Virus record (IMG/VR): IMGVR_UViG_3300035703_000046
Span: 1-64,000 of that record
DNA from: a virus
DNA length: 64,000 nt
Strand: one strand, 5' to 3'
Part shown: positions 1 to 9,477 of the stretch, in pieces
Layout of the letters: the number at the start of each line of letters is the position of its first letter
Numbering within the stretch: position 1 is the stretch's first letter
Made by a program: the position numbers and the translations under genes
Notes under the pieces: generated by a model
Database searches by the model: none
Told to the model about the DNA's origin: nothing
Seen by the model: the letters and a program-made list of their open reading frames with translations, nothing else

Positions 1-267
1 AAGAAGTGATGATTGGAATTCTGGATTAAATTTGCCATCGGTTGGACCTTTATAAGAAACGCCCAATGGAGAAGTTTTTAAGAATTGCTGAACGAGCTTG
101 ATAGATTTATCATCTTCTGGCATATTTGCATCATGAATATCTAGTGGAACGGTGGACGAATTTTTTAATTCGTTGGGTCTATGGAAATTGCGTTTATCTT
201 GAGAGATGACGGGATTGGTGGGAACGTTAGAATCCCACTGAGTAGCTGCATCTTCAAGAAAGCTCAT
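1..267 (-). CDS. Peptidoglycan-binding-domain protein (continues past window start)
   Basis: Own translation from ATG at 267, which abuts the upstream TGA: MSFLEDAATQWD...IKLVQQFLKTSPLGVSYKGPTDGKFNPEFQSSLL. Resembles PG_binding_1 (VxxLQxxL...Y.GxxDGxF). Confidence 0.6.
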   Translation of the reverse strand, partial: MSFLEDAATQWDSNVPTNPVISQDKRNFHRPNELKNSSTVPLDIHDANMPEDDKSIKLVQQFLKTSPLGVSYKGPTDGKFNPEFQSSLL

Positions 268-1497
268 TCACATTCCTAACATGTCAATATCTTTTTCAAC
301 GTCATCTGAAGGTTCTGTTTTTGAAGATTTATCAGATTTATCAGATGGTTTTTTCGATACTACTGGTTGATCTTTAAATTTGCTAAGATCTGGTTTTTCT
401 AGATATTTTCTATAGAATTCGATATCTTTAACAGCCTGATCTAATTCGTCTTTATAAGATTTTACTTTTTCCATCATAGCTGTCATGAGTTTGATAGCAT
501 CTTCTGTGTCGCTGAGAAGTATTCCTCTACCAACAGTAGAGACCCATTCCCACCATCTTGAAGAAGACTGTTTGCTTTTAAGAATTTTATCTAATCTAGA
601 TGCAACTTGAGGGGAAACTGATAGGAAATTATCTAATAATACTTTTGTTTCTTCTACTTTGCCAATTATTTCTTTGTCTAATTTAGAATTAAAGATTAAT
701 TTTGCTAAATTATGACGGGCAACAGCTTGTTGTTTTTTATTTGTAATACTTTCTACTTCGATGCTTCTTGCTGTAATTTTGGCTATTTCTTCGTCCAAGA
801 AAGAAATATTTCGAAACATAGCTTCAACATTTTTAATATAAGGGGCTAAAATTGGTCCTGTTTCGGGATAATCATTAATTACTTGAGATAATTTTTCTAT
901 CAAAGCAGATAAATCTAATTTAAGATTTTCAGAAGCTGGGAAATATTGAGAAGCAATAGCGGAACCAATTAAAGCAGCGGCTGAAAGACCTAATACAGAT
1001 AGCAATTTTGCTTTCATTCCACCCGGAACGCCTGCTTCTTTGACTAAGGATTCTGTGCAAGAATCTGCTAATTTCATTAATGTTTCTTGGTTTTTGCTAT
1101 CCAAGAAATGGGCAAGTTTAATAGTTTCATTGACGAGATCTTGATGGGCTTTAATATAGCGAGTATTGCTTTGAAGAATTTGTGGATTTTTAAGAGCGAT
1201 ATGAGCCATCATATCTTGGCGTTGTTGTAGATTTTCGACTACGCCATTGAATTTGTCATAAGAAGGACCCATGACAACTGTTTTAGGATGGGCTTGCTCT
1301 AATAATTCTTTAGTAGGAGTTGTTTTAACTCCATAGAAAATTTCAGCTGTAGATAGATCTTTTTTATCTTCTTTGGATGGTTTTTTGTCTTTGGAAGAAG
1401 ATTCTTCTTCATCTTCTTCGGCAGCATTAGAAACTAATCCTTTTTCAAGGGCGATTCTAGTATATTCTTCAAAAACATCACTGTGTCTTGGTTGCAT
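268..1497 (-). CDS. Putative processed head-internal/ejection protein with a transmembrane helix
   Basis: About 155-aa pro-region with shared motifs ending LVKEA|G, followed by hydrophobic LLSVLGLSAAALIGSAIASQYF and coiled coil. Confidence 0.55.
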   Translation of the reverse strand: MQPRHSDVFEEYTRIALEKGLVSNAAEEDEEESSSKDKKPSKEDKKDLSTAEIFYGVKTTPTKELLEQAHPKTVVMGPSYDKFNGVVENLQQRQDMMAHIALKNPQILQSNTRYIKAHQDLVNETIKLAHFLDSKNQETLMKLADSCTESLVKEAGVPGGMKAKLLSVLGLSAAALIGSAIASQYFPASENLKLDLSALIEKLSQVINDYPETGPILAPYIKNVEAMFRNISFLDEEIAKITARSIEVESITNKKQQAVARHNLAKLIFNSKLDKEIIGKVEETKVLLDNFLSVSPQVASRLDKILKSKQSSSRWWEWVSTVGRGILLSDTEDAIKLMTAMMEKVKSYKDELDQAVKDIEFYRKYLEKPDLSKFKDQPVVSKKPSDKSDKSSKTEPSDDVEKDIDMLGM

Positions 1498-2584
1498 TTA
1501 ATTTCCTTAAAAATTCACTGGTGATAAATTTATCTACAACTTTTTTTTCTAATTCACTAATATTTTTAGAAACCGTATATTCTTCTGGAAGTTCTACTTT
1601 GCGAGTGCCGATTCTTCCTGGATCTGAAAGTATAAAATTTGTTACATTTCTAAAATTAGCATCAGAATAGATTCTACTTTCTATATCTGGATATTGGTTT
1701 AATTCTGGATAGTAATGCAAAGCCCAGGCTTTTAGGGTAGCGGGAACTGAACCATTGATTAGGTTGGTGGTCCAAACTAATCCACTGATTGGTTCTTCTT
1801 TTTTAGACCCAAAAAAAGATTTTTTTTCTTTTGTTTTTGGTTCTGGTTCTTTTTCTGATTCTGAAGTTTCTTGAGTTTGGGGAGAATCTTCATCTTTTAG
1901 AGACTCTTTCTTTTTGGGACCAAAGATCATGGCAGCACCGGCTAAAAGTCCAAGGCTTAAAAAGATATTCTTAAACATCCAGAAGACTAATCCTTTTCCA
2001 ACATGCCAGAATTTACTTCTTCCATAGGGTGTTGAAAACAAATCTCTTCCAAAAATTTTTTCTATGAAACCAGTTTTTCCGGAAGAGCCTCCAAATCCAA
2101 AAGCAGAATTTTTAACTAAGTATGCTCTTTTGAGTAGAAAATCAAAAGACTCTTCTGCGGTAACGAATCCATCATCTGCGCTTGCGCCTGGGGCTGAGCC
2201 TGCGGCGGCATCAACTGCGGATTTAATTTCTTGAGATGAAATTGGTTCTTGGGCGTCAATTTTAGGTTTTAGGGCTTTTGCTACTTTGACAGCGACGCCA
2301 GAGAGATCGAAACCTATTTGGCTTAGAGCTAAATAGAATAGTCCTAAAAATGGATTGATTCTAAAGGCTACAGAAGGGGCTAAGAGATTAAGGATGCTGG
2401 TAAAGTAGCCGCCTGGAACTTCGGAAGAATCTTGGAATTGATCTCTAAGCCATTGGGCGGCGGAATTACCTCCAAGCGAATCGAAATAACCAGCTTGTTT
2501 AGTTAAGGAATTAGGTACGAGAATTTTCTCTAATTCCTCAACTAAAAAGTTTTCTCTTAAGAGTTTGATTTCTTCGTGGTTCAT
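1478..2584 (-). CDS. Putative processed virion protein with membrane-spanning segments
   Basis: Start revised to MNHEE (ATGA overlap with upstream stop); LTKQA|GYFD site; hydrophobic segments ILNLLAPSVAFRINPFLGLFYLAL and GLVFWMFKNIFLSLGLLAGAAMIFG. Confidence 0.5.
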   Translation of the reverse strand: MNHEEIKLLRENFLVEELEKILVPNSLTKQAGYFDSLGGNSAAQWLRDQFQDSSEVPGGYFTSILNLLAPSVAFRINPFLGLFYLALSQIGFDLSGVAVKVAKALKPKIDAQEPISSQEIKSAVDAAAGSAPGASADDGFVTAEESFDFLLKRAYLVKNSAFGFGGSSGKTGFIEKIFGRDLFSTPYGRSKFWHVGKGLVFWMFKNIFLSLGLLAGAAMIFGPKKKESLKDEDSPQTQETSESEKEPEPKTKEKKSFFGSKKEEPISGLVWTTNLINGSVPATLKAWALHYYPELNQYPDIESRIYSDANFRNVTNFILSDPGRIGTRKVELPEEYTVSKNISELEKKVVDKFITSEFLRKLNATKTQ

Positions 2585-5500
2585 ATGAATTGAATTCGGC
2601 TTAATTGTCTTCGTATTGCTCTTACCCATTCATTGTGTTGGTAATCTAAAGTTGCAATAAATCTATCGGATTCTTTTTCTGGTAAGCCTCTTTGCTGTAT
2701 ATAAGCTATCGCAGACTTCCTTGCACTTGTCAATTGAGTAAGTAAGCTTGTTAAAAATTGTTTATATGAATTAAGAGAACCGTATTGAGAAATTTCCTCA
2801 AATTGATTTCTATATGCAGGAAGATCTGTAACATTATATTGAGCACCTGTTCGAGGGTCTTTATAAAGATAAGTTTGAGTTGCTTGATCTGTTACAACAG
2901 TTCCTGGAATTAAACGATACTTTACAAAATATTGTAAAACTTGAAATGGTTCCAAGGTATCATTTGGGAAGTACATTGTAGCTGCGTTTTGCGGATTTCC
3001 AGAAACGGTTGCCATTGATAAAATGGATTCTCCTGGCGGAACAGATGCAAACCAGAGATTTCCACCAGGATCTTTTGAATCTAGATAGATATTTCTGGCA
3101 TCAAATGGAACTATTCTTTTTGATCCGGGTGTATAAGTGATTTGGCTTGTTCCGGCGCCAGCTTGACCTTCAACTCCAGCAGCGCCTACTAATCCAGCGC
3201 TTCCCAATCGACCTTCTGGACCCCTTGCACCAGTACCAGCACCAGCACCTAATCCGCCTGCTTGATCGCCCAAATCTCCACCTTCAGCTAAAATATCTTC
3301 TAGAAGCAAGGTGTTCCATTTAGAATTTGGCTCGTTGCTAGGTTCAATTCCAAGACTTTTCATCTTTGCTAAAAAGAGCCGAGATAAATTTCTAACAAAT
3401 TGATTATAAGTTTTAGCCAGATTTTGTTCTTTAATTCTATTGCTTTTACTTATCTTTTCAAAAGATCTTTGATTGAACCAATTAATTAATTGACCCCAAT
3501 GAGCGGCAGTGGCATAACTATTCCACCCAAAAGTAGGAATCTTATCACGTACAAAATTAAAAAAGTTTCTTAAATTGAGCAAATCATTTTTTGTTACAGG
3601 AACATCTCCATCTTGATCTGTGCTTTCTGCAGGATTTAAAGTTTCGCTAATTCTATCAAATATTAAATTCAATCCACCCGGAGCACCGGCTAAACTAAAC
3701 CCTTTGCTTTGTAAAAAGGCAGTTATTAACTCATAATTTTTTTCTGCAGCAGCTTTTATTTTTTCCTGATCATTATTGAAAGCCTTAGCTGGTCCAAGGT
3801 TTTCACTAGGAATAGTTTTTACATATTTTCTTGCTGTTTCTAATGACCTTTTGGTATTTACTCCCCAAACTCCTTCTGGATCCGAAATGGCTCCCCCGGT
3901 TTTACCTATGACCATTACTATAGGTGCATCTGCTTTAGCATTAAGTTCCGGAGCTGTCATTAGATAATCACCTAATTTGCCTAAAGCCCATTGCATATGA
4001 TAAACGGCTTTCTTGGTTTCGGTTAGTTCGACTGGCTGAGTGAGTTCAGCTCCGCCGCCGCCAGCTGGTCTTGCTGGAACCGCTCCACCAGAAGGCTTTC
4101 CTTTGGTAGGAATTATAGATGGTTTTGCCTGGGCTTTCTTAACTAGTTCTAAATCAAATAAAAATGAAGCCTCTTTAATAAATTGAGGAGGGATTTGATC
4201 GTTTAATGCCTTAGTATATTCTGTAATTTTACCAACTAATTCAGAGAAATTTTTAACTTTAAAATATGATTTAATACTATTTTTAAGTTGAAAAAAAGTT
4301 TTACTTTTTACAATAATACTATTAAACTTTTGTAAATTTCCCATTTCTGTATCGATTACCGCAATTGTATCTGCGTCATCTTCTTCATTTAGAGATTTTT
4401 TCCAGCTATTTAAACTTCTATATGTTATTTTAATTGGAGAAGTTAGTTCTGAATATTGATCTTTTGTTAATAATTTTTTATTTTTATCAGTAATTTCTTT
4501 TTCTAGTTCTGAGATTGGAGTTTCAGAATTTCTTTGAATGTTTTTAACTCCAGTTTCAATATTTAATAATATTGAAGTATCTGAAAAAATATTTTTAATT
4601 GTATTATTTTCAAATATTTTTAAATCAAATTTTGTGCTTTCATCTTTAATTTCTGAAAATTTAATTAAACTATCAGAAAAATTATCAAGATTAACAGCAT
4701 TAGAAATTTCTTCTGATCTTGTTTTAATAACAGTTGCAGTATCTGAAATTTTAGAAAAATAAGATTTTAAATATTCAGTTGCTTTAGTTTTATTTTCTGA
4801 TGAAAAGAAAAGTTTTTCTTTTTCTCCAGTCCATTTTACAATTTTATCTGCAAGATCATTTGCAAAAGATGCATTGTCCCTACCTACTGGGGGGACAACT
4901 TGCGACTTAAGTTCAACTGGCAATAATTTTTTAACCGCAGATACTAAATCATCAGTACTTGATTCGTATCTTGCAGCCATTTCTATTAACCTAGTGACCA
5001 AAGTTCCTTTATCACTTCCTAATGTAGTGGTTATATATGCATATTCATTAAATTCATCCGTATTAATTTCCGCCGCTTTTAAATAGAAAGATCGAACAGA
5101 GCCACCTGGTTTGACTCTAGAATCATCAAATAAATTGCTAGAATCAATTGATTTAATATTGGCAATAATGCTATTAGCATTGCCTAAAAATATTTGTTTA
5201 TATTTACTTATAATATTTTTATTAATTTTTTCTATTTTAGTTTTTTCTTCTTCGGTAAGAAACTCTGCTCCTTCAGTTTTTTCTGATAGCTCAGTTTCTA
5301 ATAAACCATCTTCTGCAAATTTTAACAATCCCAATGCTTCAGCAGCAGCCACCACCAAATTATTCATTACAGGGGCTGGAGAGCCAGTGCCAGGCTGATG
5401 CGTTAATGTCTCTAAAATCTTCTGTTGACGATCCATGTTGGTGTGAACTACACCCCAGCCACCTTGAGCATCTACTATCTTTGTGCTCTCTGCGTGAGCG

Positions 5501-5796
5501 GCTTGTTGCAATGCACGGCTCTGCTCATCAATTAAATTAGAAAATGCTAATTGAGCTTTTTTGAAAATATTAAGCTTAACTTCTAAAGACTCAGCTTGTT
5601 CATATAAACCAAGCTCACGCAAGCCTGAAGCTAAATTAACCAAATCCTGCATAAAATTACCAGTAGCAGCATATTTATCAATGCTGGTACTAGCTGATTT
5701 GCTTAGTTTGTCCTCAACAATCCATTCTTTTTGAACGGCTGTAGTATAAAATTCTCTGAGAACAGGGCTGGTGATTAAATTAGCTTCTTTTTTCAT
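2581..5796 (-). CDS. Large (1071 aa) putative head-internal/ejection protein with a PG-binding-like segment
   Basis: About 161-aa pro-region with shared motifs; several KxA sites; AVYHMQWAL...EGVWGVNTKRSL resembles a PG-binding domain; Gly-rich linkers. Confidence 0.5.
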   Translation of the reverse strand: MKKEANLITSPVLREFYTTAVQKEWIVEDKLSKSASTSIDKYAATGNFMQDLVNLASGLRELGLYEQAESLEVKLNIFKKAQLAFSNLIDEQSRALQQAAHAESTKIVDAQGGWGVVHTNMDRQQKILETLTHQPGTGSPAPVMNNLVVAAAEALGLLKFAEDGLLETELSEKTEGAEFLTEEEKTKIEKINKNIISKYKQIFLGNANSIIANIKSIDSSNLFDDSRVKPGGSVRSFYLKAAEINTDEFNEYAYITTTLGSDKGTLVTRLIEMAARYESSTDDLVSAVKKLLPVELKSQVVPPVGRDNASFANDLADKIVKWTGEKEKLFFSSENKTKATEYLKSYFSKISDTATVIKTRSEEISNAVNLDNFSDSLIKFSEIKDESTKFDLKIFENNTIKNIFSDTSILLNIETGVKNIQRNSETPISELEKEITDKNKKLLTKDQYSELTSPIKITYRSLNSWKKSLNEEDDADTIAVIDTEMGNLQKFNSIIVKSKTFFQLKNSIKSYFKVKNFSELVGKITEYTKALNDQIPPQFIKEASFLFDLELVKKAQAKPSIIPTKGKPSGGAVPARPAGGGGAELTQPVELTETKKAVYHMQWALGKLGDYLMTAPELNAKADAPIVMVIGKTGGAISDPEGVWGVNTKRSLETARKYVKTIPSENLGPAKAFNNDQEKIKAAAEKNYELITAFLQSKGFSLAGAPGGLNLIFDRISETLNPAESTDQDGDVPVTKNDLLNLRNFFNFVRDKIPTFGWNSYATAAHWGQLINWFNQRSFEKISKSNRIKEQNLAKTYNQFVRNLSRLFLAKMKSLGIEPSNEPNSKWNTLLLEDILAEGGDLGDQAGGLGAGAGTGARGPEGRLGSAGLVGAAGVEGQAGAGTSQITYTPGSKRIVPFDARNIYLDSKDPGGNLWFASVPPGESILSMATVSGNPQNAATMYFPNDTLEPFQVLQYFVKYRLIPGTVVTDQATQTYLYKDPRTGAQYNVTDLPAYRNQFEEISQYGSLNSYKQFLTSLLTQLTSARKSAIAYIQQRGLPEKESDRFIATLDYQHNEWVRAIRRQLSRIQFI

Positions 5797-5803
5797 CTAT
5801 TCC

Positions 5804-6127
5804 TCAAAAAGTTGAATCATCTAGATCTAACATCATTACTGCATTAACAAATTTGCTTCCTAGTTTTTTTGCTAACCCAGGGTTTTCAGAAATTTGTTTT
5901 TGCATATCTAAAAATGCTTTTTTTAAAATTTCATTTTGATTAATGCTTAATTCAAAATTAGCAAAAGATTCAAGGGCATTGGCTCTTTCTTCAAAAGAAC
6001 GTTTTTCCCTTTTAATTTGCTCATCTGTCAATACTTTTTCTTTAGCTTCTCTTTCTAATTCTATAGATAAATAATTTCTAAAGACTTCAGATGACATTAA
6101 TGCATTTAAATCTTGGTCGTTTCCCAT
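5804..6127 (-). CDS. Hypothetical head-associated protein
   Basis: SD AAGGA; N-terminal SSEVFRNYLSIEL matches module A of the neighbouring proteins. Confidence 0.6.
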   Translation of the reverse strand: MGNDQDLNALMSSEVFRNYLSIELEREAKEKVLTDEQIKREKRSFEERANALESFANFELSINQNEILKKAFLDMQKQISENPGLAKKLGSKFVNAVMMLDLDDSTF

Positions 6128-6164
6128 TATATTCCTTTATGTCAAGTATTATATCTTAATATGG

Positions 6165-6527
6165 CTAAATTAACTCAATAATTAAACTATTTTCTTTAAT
6201 TTCAGAAACGAAACCAAGCAACAAAGAATCTTCATAAATTTTCTTGTTGGTGAATTTTCCGAACTGACTGCAATATAATTTGTCTTTAATTTCAAATTTA
6301 TCTGGCTCAATCATGGTTGTTTCAAAAACCATAGCTTCGTACCAAATAGGAATTAACCCAAATTCATCAAGATAATCTCCTATGACTCCAAATGGTTTTT
6401 CTCCGTTGCAAATTTTAGCAACTCCATCATGCAAAGAGACAATCATTCCAGGATCTGGAAAATATAAAGCATCTTTGAAAAGCATTTTAATAGGCTTTTC
6501 AGTTAAAGAATCTATAATTTTAAACAT
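6165..6527 (-). CDS. Putative capsid decoration/cement-like protein (short paralog)
   Basis: PGMIVSL..NGEKPFGVIGD..IWY..FETT..LYCSQFGKFT..LGFV aligns with the upstream gene product. Confidence 0.45.
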   Translation of the reverse strand: MFKIIDSLTEKPIKMLFKDALYFPDPGMIVSLHDGVAKICNGEKPFGVIGDYLDEFGLIPIWYEAMVFETTMIEPDKFEIKDKLYCSQFGKFTNKKIYEDSLLLGFVSEIKENSLIIELI

Positions 6528-6528
6528 A

Positions 6529-7224
6529 TCAGAAATATGTCTTAAATTCTAAGAAGCTATAAATGGCTGATGGTGGAGCGGTAACAATTCCTACAGGAGG
6601 ATACGTTTCATCAATTCTAGAAGTTGATAATTTACCATCAATGCCGCAAAATAAAATACTATTCAAAGCATAAGAGGCAGAAGTATCAAATTGATCGGTA
6701 GCAGCAATAATTTTACTGGTCCAAACTGTAATTCTACCTGTACCTTCGGTAGAATTTTCCCCTGGAATTCCTGGAACTTGATAGCTGTATCGAACTACAA
6801 CCCTAACAGAATCAAATACACCACTGTTTGTAGAACTGTAATTTAAAGGAGTTCCAGCAGGAACAGTAATAACACCATTCCTAGCATTAAGGACTACCAA
6901 TTCCGGAGTACATACAAATGAATTAGGGTAAATGTTAGCATTCTCTAATTCATATTTTAAATCAATAGGAGTAACGTAAGTAGAGCCTGATAATGTGGGA
7001 ATAGGACAAGTAATAATACAAACTTCATCTACTTTAGCAGTAGAGAAGCTAGTTTTCTTAACGTCATCAATAATTCCAATTGGGCTTAATCCATCGGAGA
7101 CACCGCAAACAACTTGATTGCCATAAACTTTTAGCTGGGCAATCATTCCGGGTTCAAATTCGGAATTAGGATCGACCAGCCAAGAATATGGAAGGCTGTT
7201 ATTGGTGTGTAGGATTCTTAACAT
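6529..7224 (-). CDS. Putative capsid decoration/cement-like protein with an inserted beta domain
   Basis: Start revised to MLRILHTN (7224); PGMIAQL..DGLSPIGIIDD...ITVW..TDQFD..LFCGIDGKLS..VGIV is a beta-clip-like decoration pattern. Confidence 0.5.
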   Translation of the reverse strand: MLRILHTNNSLPYSWLVDPNSEFEPGMIAQLKVYGNQVVCGVSDGLSPIGIIDDVKKTSFSTAKVDEVCIITCPIPTLSGSTYVTPIDLKYELENANIYPNSFVCTPELVVLNARNGVITVPAGTPLNYSSTNSGVFDSVRVVVRYSYQVPGIPGENSTEGTGRITVWTSKIIAATDQFDTSASYALNSILFCGIDGKLSTSRIDETYPPVGIVTAPPSAIYSFLEFKTYF

Positions 7225-7252
7225 GTTTAAATATATATCAGTGAAAATTAAA

Positions 7253-7900
7253 TCAATCTTTTTTGAAAGAATAATGACGTTTGCAAATAGCTTTTTCTTT
7301 ATGGGCTCCCTTGGGGGCTTTCTTCCAGCCTTTGCATTCTTTGGACATATCTTCGTCATCGGCATCCCATGCATCCATGCAATCATAAGCTAATCCGCAA
7401 TCGGCAGCGGCATCGGCGCAGTATCTACTACAAAAAGCTTTATCTTTAACCGTATTAACTGGTTCGCCGCAATAAGCGCAAGTTTTTGCCATTAAATCAT
7501 CGTGAGCTTCGTGGACAACAATATCTGAAGCATCGTTGCCATCAAACATCCATCCTTTTTCTTTTAAGTTTTTTACAGCTTGTTTTGAGCTTTTAGGGAT
7601 AGATTTATCTTTAATTTTTTTGCCAGAAGAATCGGCGAGCATTACGTCGTTTTTGTCACCCTCATCATCTTCCTCGCCTTCCTCATCTTGATTCTCACCT
7701 AAGGAAGATAACATCTTATCAAGCATTGAGGCTTCATCTTCTAAACCGACTTCATCTAGGAGGGTAGCGGACAATTCAATTAATTTGATTGCTTTTTTTA
7801 AATGTGTATCTTTAGAAATTTCTTCTTGAGAAGCAATTATAGAAAGATTATATTCTACGCTGTCAATAAAATCTGATTCTGCAAATTTTTTAATAAACAT
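7253..7900 (-). CDS. Acidic head-associated protein with a metal-binding Cys cluster
   Basis: MFIKKFA|E; tag LSATLLDEVGLEDEASMLD; CAYC...FCSRYCAD. Confidence 0.55.
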   Translation of the reverse strand: MFIKKFAESDFIDSVEYNLSIIASQEEISKDTHLKKAIKLIELSATLLDEVGLEDEASMLDKMLSSLGENQDEEGEEDDEGDKNDVMLADSSGKKIKDKSIPKSSKQAVKNLKEKGWMFDGNDASDIVVHEAHDDLMAKTCAYCGEPVNTVKDKAFCSRYCADAAADCGLAYDCMDAWDADDEDMSKECKGWKKAPKGAHKEKAICKRHYSFKKD

Positions 7901-7908
7901 ATTAATCC

Positions 7909-8100
7909 TTAGAATTTAGAAGATAGCTTTTCCATTAGTTTTGTTAATTTTTTAGAATATTTTGGTTTATCAGCCAAATCAAAACATTTAGCGGCTTCAT
8001 TTAAGCAGCGTAAAGCAACTGTTAGTTTTAAATCAGAAGACTCTAGTTGATGTTCTGAGTTTAATTTTTCCATCATTTCTAAAGCTAGATCATCTTTCAT
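7909..8100 (-). CDS. Small protein consisting largely of the shared helical tag
   Basis: Start revised to MKDDL (ATGA overlap, SD GGAGG); LNEAAKCFDLADKPKYSKKL. Confidence 0.6.
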   Translation of the reverse strand: MKDDLALEMMEKLNSEHQLESSDLKLTVALRCLNEAAKCFDLADKPKYSKKLTKLMEKLSSKF

Positions 8101-9101
8101 ACTTCGTCCTCCCAAGCAAATCCAGTATCTAAAGCATCAAGTGCATGATGCATGTCTTTCAAATCTTCATCTTCTTCGCCATCTTCTTCTTCATCCATTT
8201 CTTCGAACTCATCCATCTCTTCGTCCATTTCAGCATCTTCTTCTTTTAATTCTTCAAGCTCCTCATCTTCAGAGGATTCCTCTAACAAAGACTCAATTTC
8301 ATGCATACAATCAAGAAGTTCCATAACTTCTTCTTCGTCAAAACCTTCTTCATCTTCTAAAATTTCATCAAGTTGCTCTTTGCAGTCTTTAAGTAATACT
8401 AAGAGTTCTTCTCTGGACATATCTTCTTCATCAGAGAAATCTTCGCCGTTATCTTCTTGAGTTTCTTCTACTGCCTCTTCGGATTCTTTCAACTCTTCTT
8501 CGTCATCTTTATCTTCATCGTCTGCTGCAAAATCATCAAGAGAGACCATAAACCCTCTTAAACTTGGATCTTTTTCATATCTATCCTTCCAATAACTAGG
8601 GGATTCGGGCTCGATCATTGAAAGACTTGCTTCTGCACTTTCTTTTGCAGGCGCAGATTTAGAAGGATTTTTTTGAAGTGATCTGAAAAAATCTTCTAAA
8701 TCATCTGCATTAAAAGAGTCCATTTCAGATAATATTTCATCTGTTAATTCTACAGATTCCTCAGCCTCTTTTAATAATTTATTAGATGCAATTAGTAATA
8801 AAGAAGCCGCCTTATCAAATCCTTGAGCATCTAATTCTTCAGAAGCTTCAAGAATCATATTAAACATTTCATTTGCAGATTTTGATTTCATATCATTGCA
8901 GCTAGAGCAATCATTGGAGCATTTCGTTCCAGCTTTTCTGCACTTGCAACCTTGCCCACAATCGCAATCTGCTCCGCATTCAGAACAGCAAGATGCTTTA
9001 ACTTTTTTGGCTTTCTTGGCGGCAAATTTGCCAAATCCAAAAGATGGACTAGACATTAAAGAATCCATTTCAGCAGCAACTAAATTACTAATTTTTTTCA
9101 T
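8097..9101 (-). CDS. Metallothionein-like Cys cluster plus very acidic protein (putative prohead core protein)
   Basis: 10 Cys in 31 aa; tag EASEELDAQGFDKAASLL; E/D-rich C-terminal half. Confidence 0.55.
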   Translation of the reverse strand: MKKISNLVAAEMDSLMSSPSFGFGKFAAKKAKKVKASCCSECGADCDCGQGCKCRKAGTKCSNDCSSCNDMKSKSANEMFNMILEASEELDAQGFDKAASLLLIASNKLLKEAEESVELTDEILSEMDSFNADDLEDFFRSLQKNPSKSAPAKESAEASLSMIEPESPSYWKDRYEKDPSLRGFMVSLDDFAADDEDKDDEEELKESEEAVEETQEDNGEDFSDEEDMSREELLVLLKDCKEQLDEILEDEEGFDEEEVMELLDCMHEIESLLEESSEDEELEELKEEDAEMDEEMDEFEEMDEEEDGEEDEDLKDMHHALDALDTGFAWEDEV

Positions 9102-9109
9102 CTTTATCC

Positions 9110-9385
9110 CTATTTAACTAATCCGTAGAGTTGACCAACATGTTTAACTTCTTCATCTGAAGAAGCTTCAATTAATGAAATTGCTGCTGCTTTTAAAGCT
9201 GTAGCAGTTTTTGACATACCTCTTTTATTTAACTCGATTGCCATTTCTGCAATTTTAGCAACGGCTAAAGAAGTTGAATTATTTTTTTCTTCTAAAATAG
9301 AGGCTGTCTTAATGGAAGCAGTTTTAACAGATTCGCTTGCTAAAATGCCATTCATTTCTATATCTAAATTAAACTCTGGTTTCAT
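9110..9385 (-). CDS. Small head-associated protein (KTAS repeats plus helical tag)
   Basis: VKTASIKTAS; IAEMAIELNKRGMSKTATAL. Confidence 0.6.
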   Translation of the reverse strand: MKPEFNLDIEMNGILASESVKTASIKTASILEEKNNSTSLAVAKIAEMAIELNKRGMSKTATALKAAAISLIEASSDEEVKHVGQLYGLVK

Positions 9386-9413
9386 TCATTATCCTATAGT
9401 CGAAAAAATAAGA

Positions 9414-9448
9414 AGGGCAAACTCTATATCTATGCTAGAGTTTGCCCT
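9414..9448 (-). terminator. Rho-independent terminator after the protease/scaffold gene
   Basis: 13-bp perfect stem AGGGCAAACTCTA/TAGAGTTTGCCCT followed by a T-rich tract on the minus strand. Confidence 0.8.
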
Positions 9449-9477
9449 AATTATTTAATATTTCTTACTAACGTTTA

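Noticed and set aside
7225-7386. Long N-terminal extensions given by the track for ORFs 6529, 1478, 24601 and 30182
   Set aside because: They overlap upstream genes; downstream ATGs with coupling or SD signals fit better.
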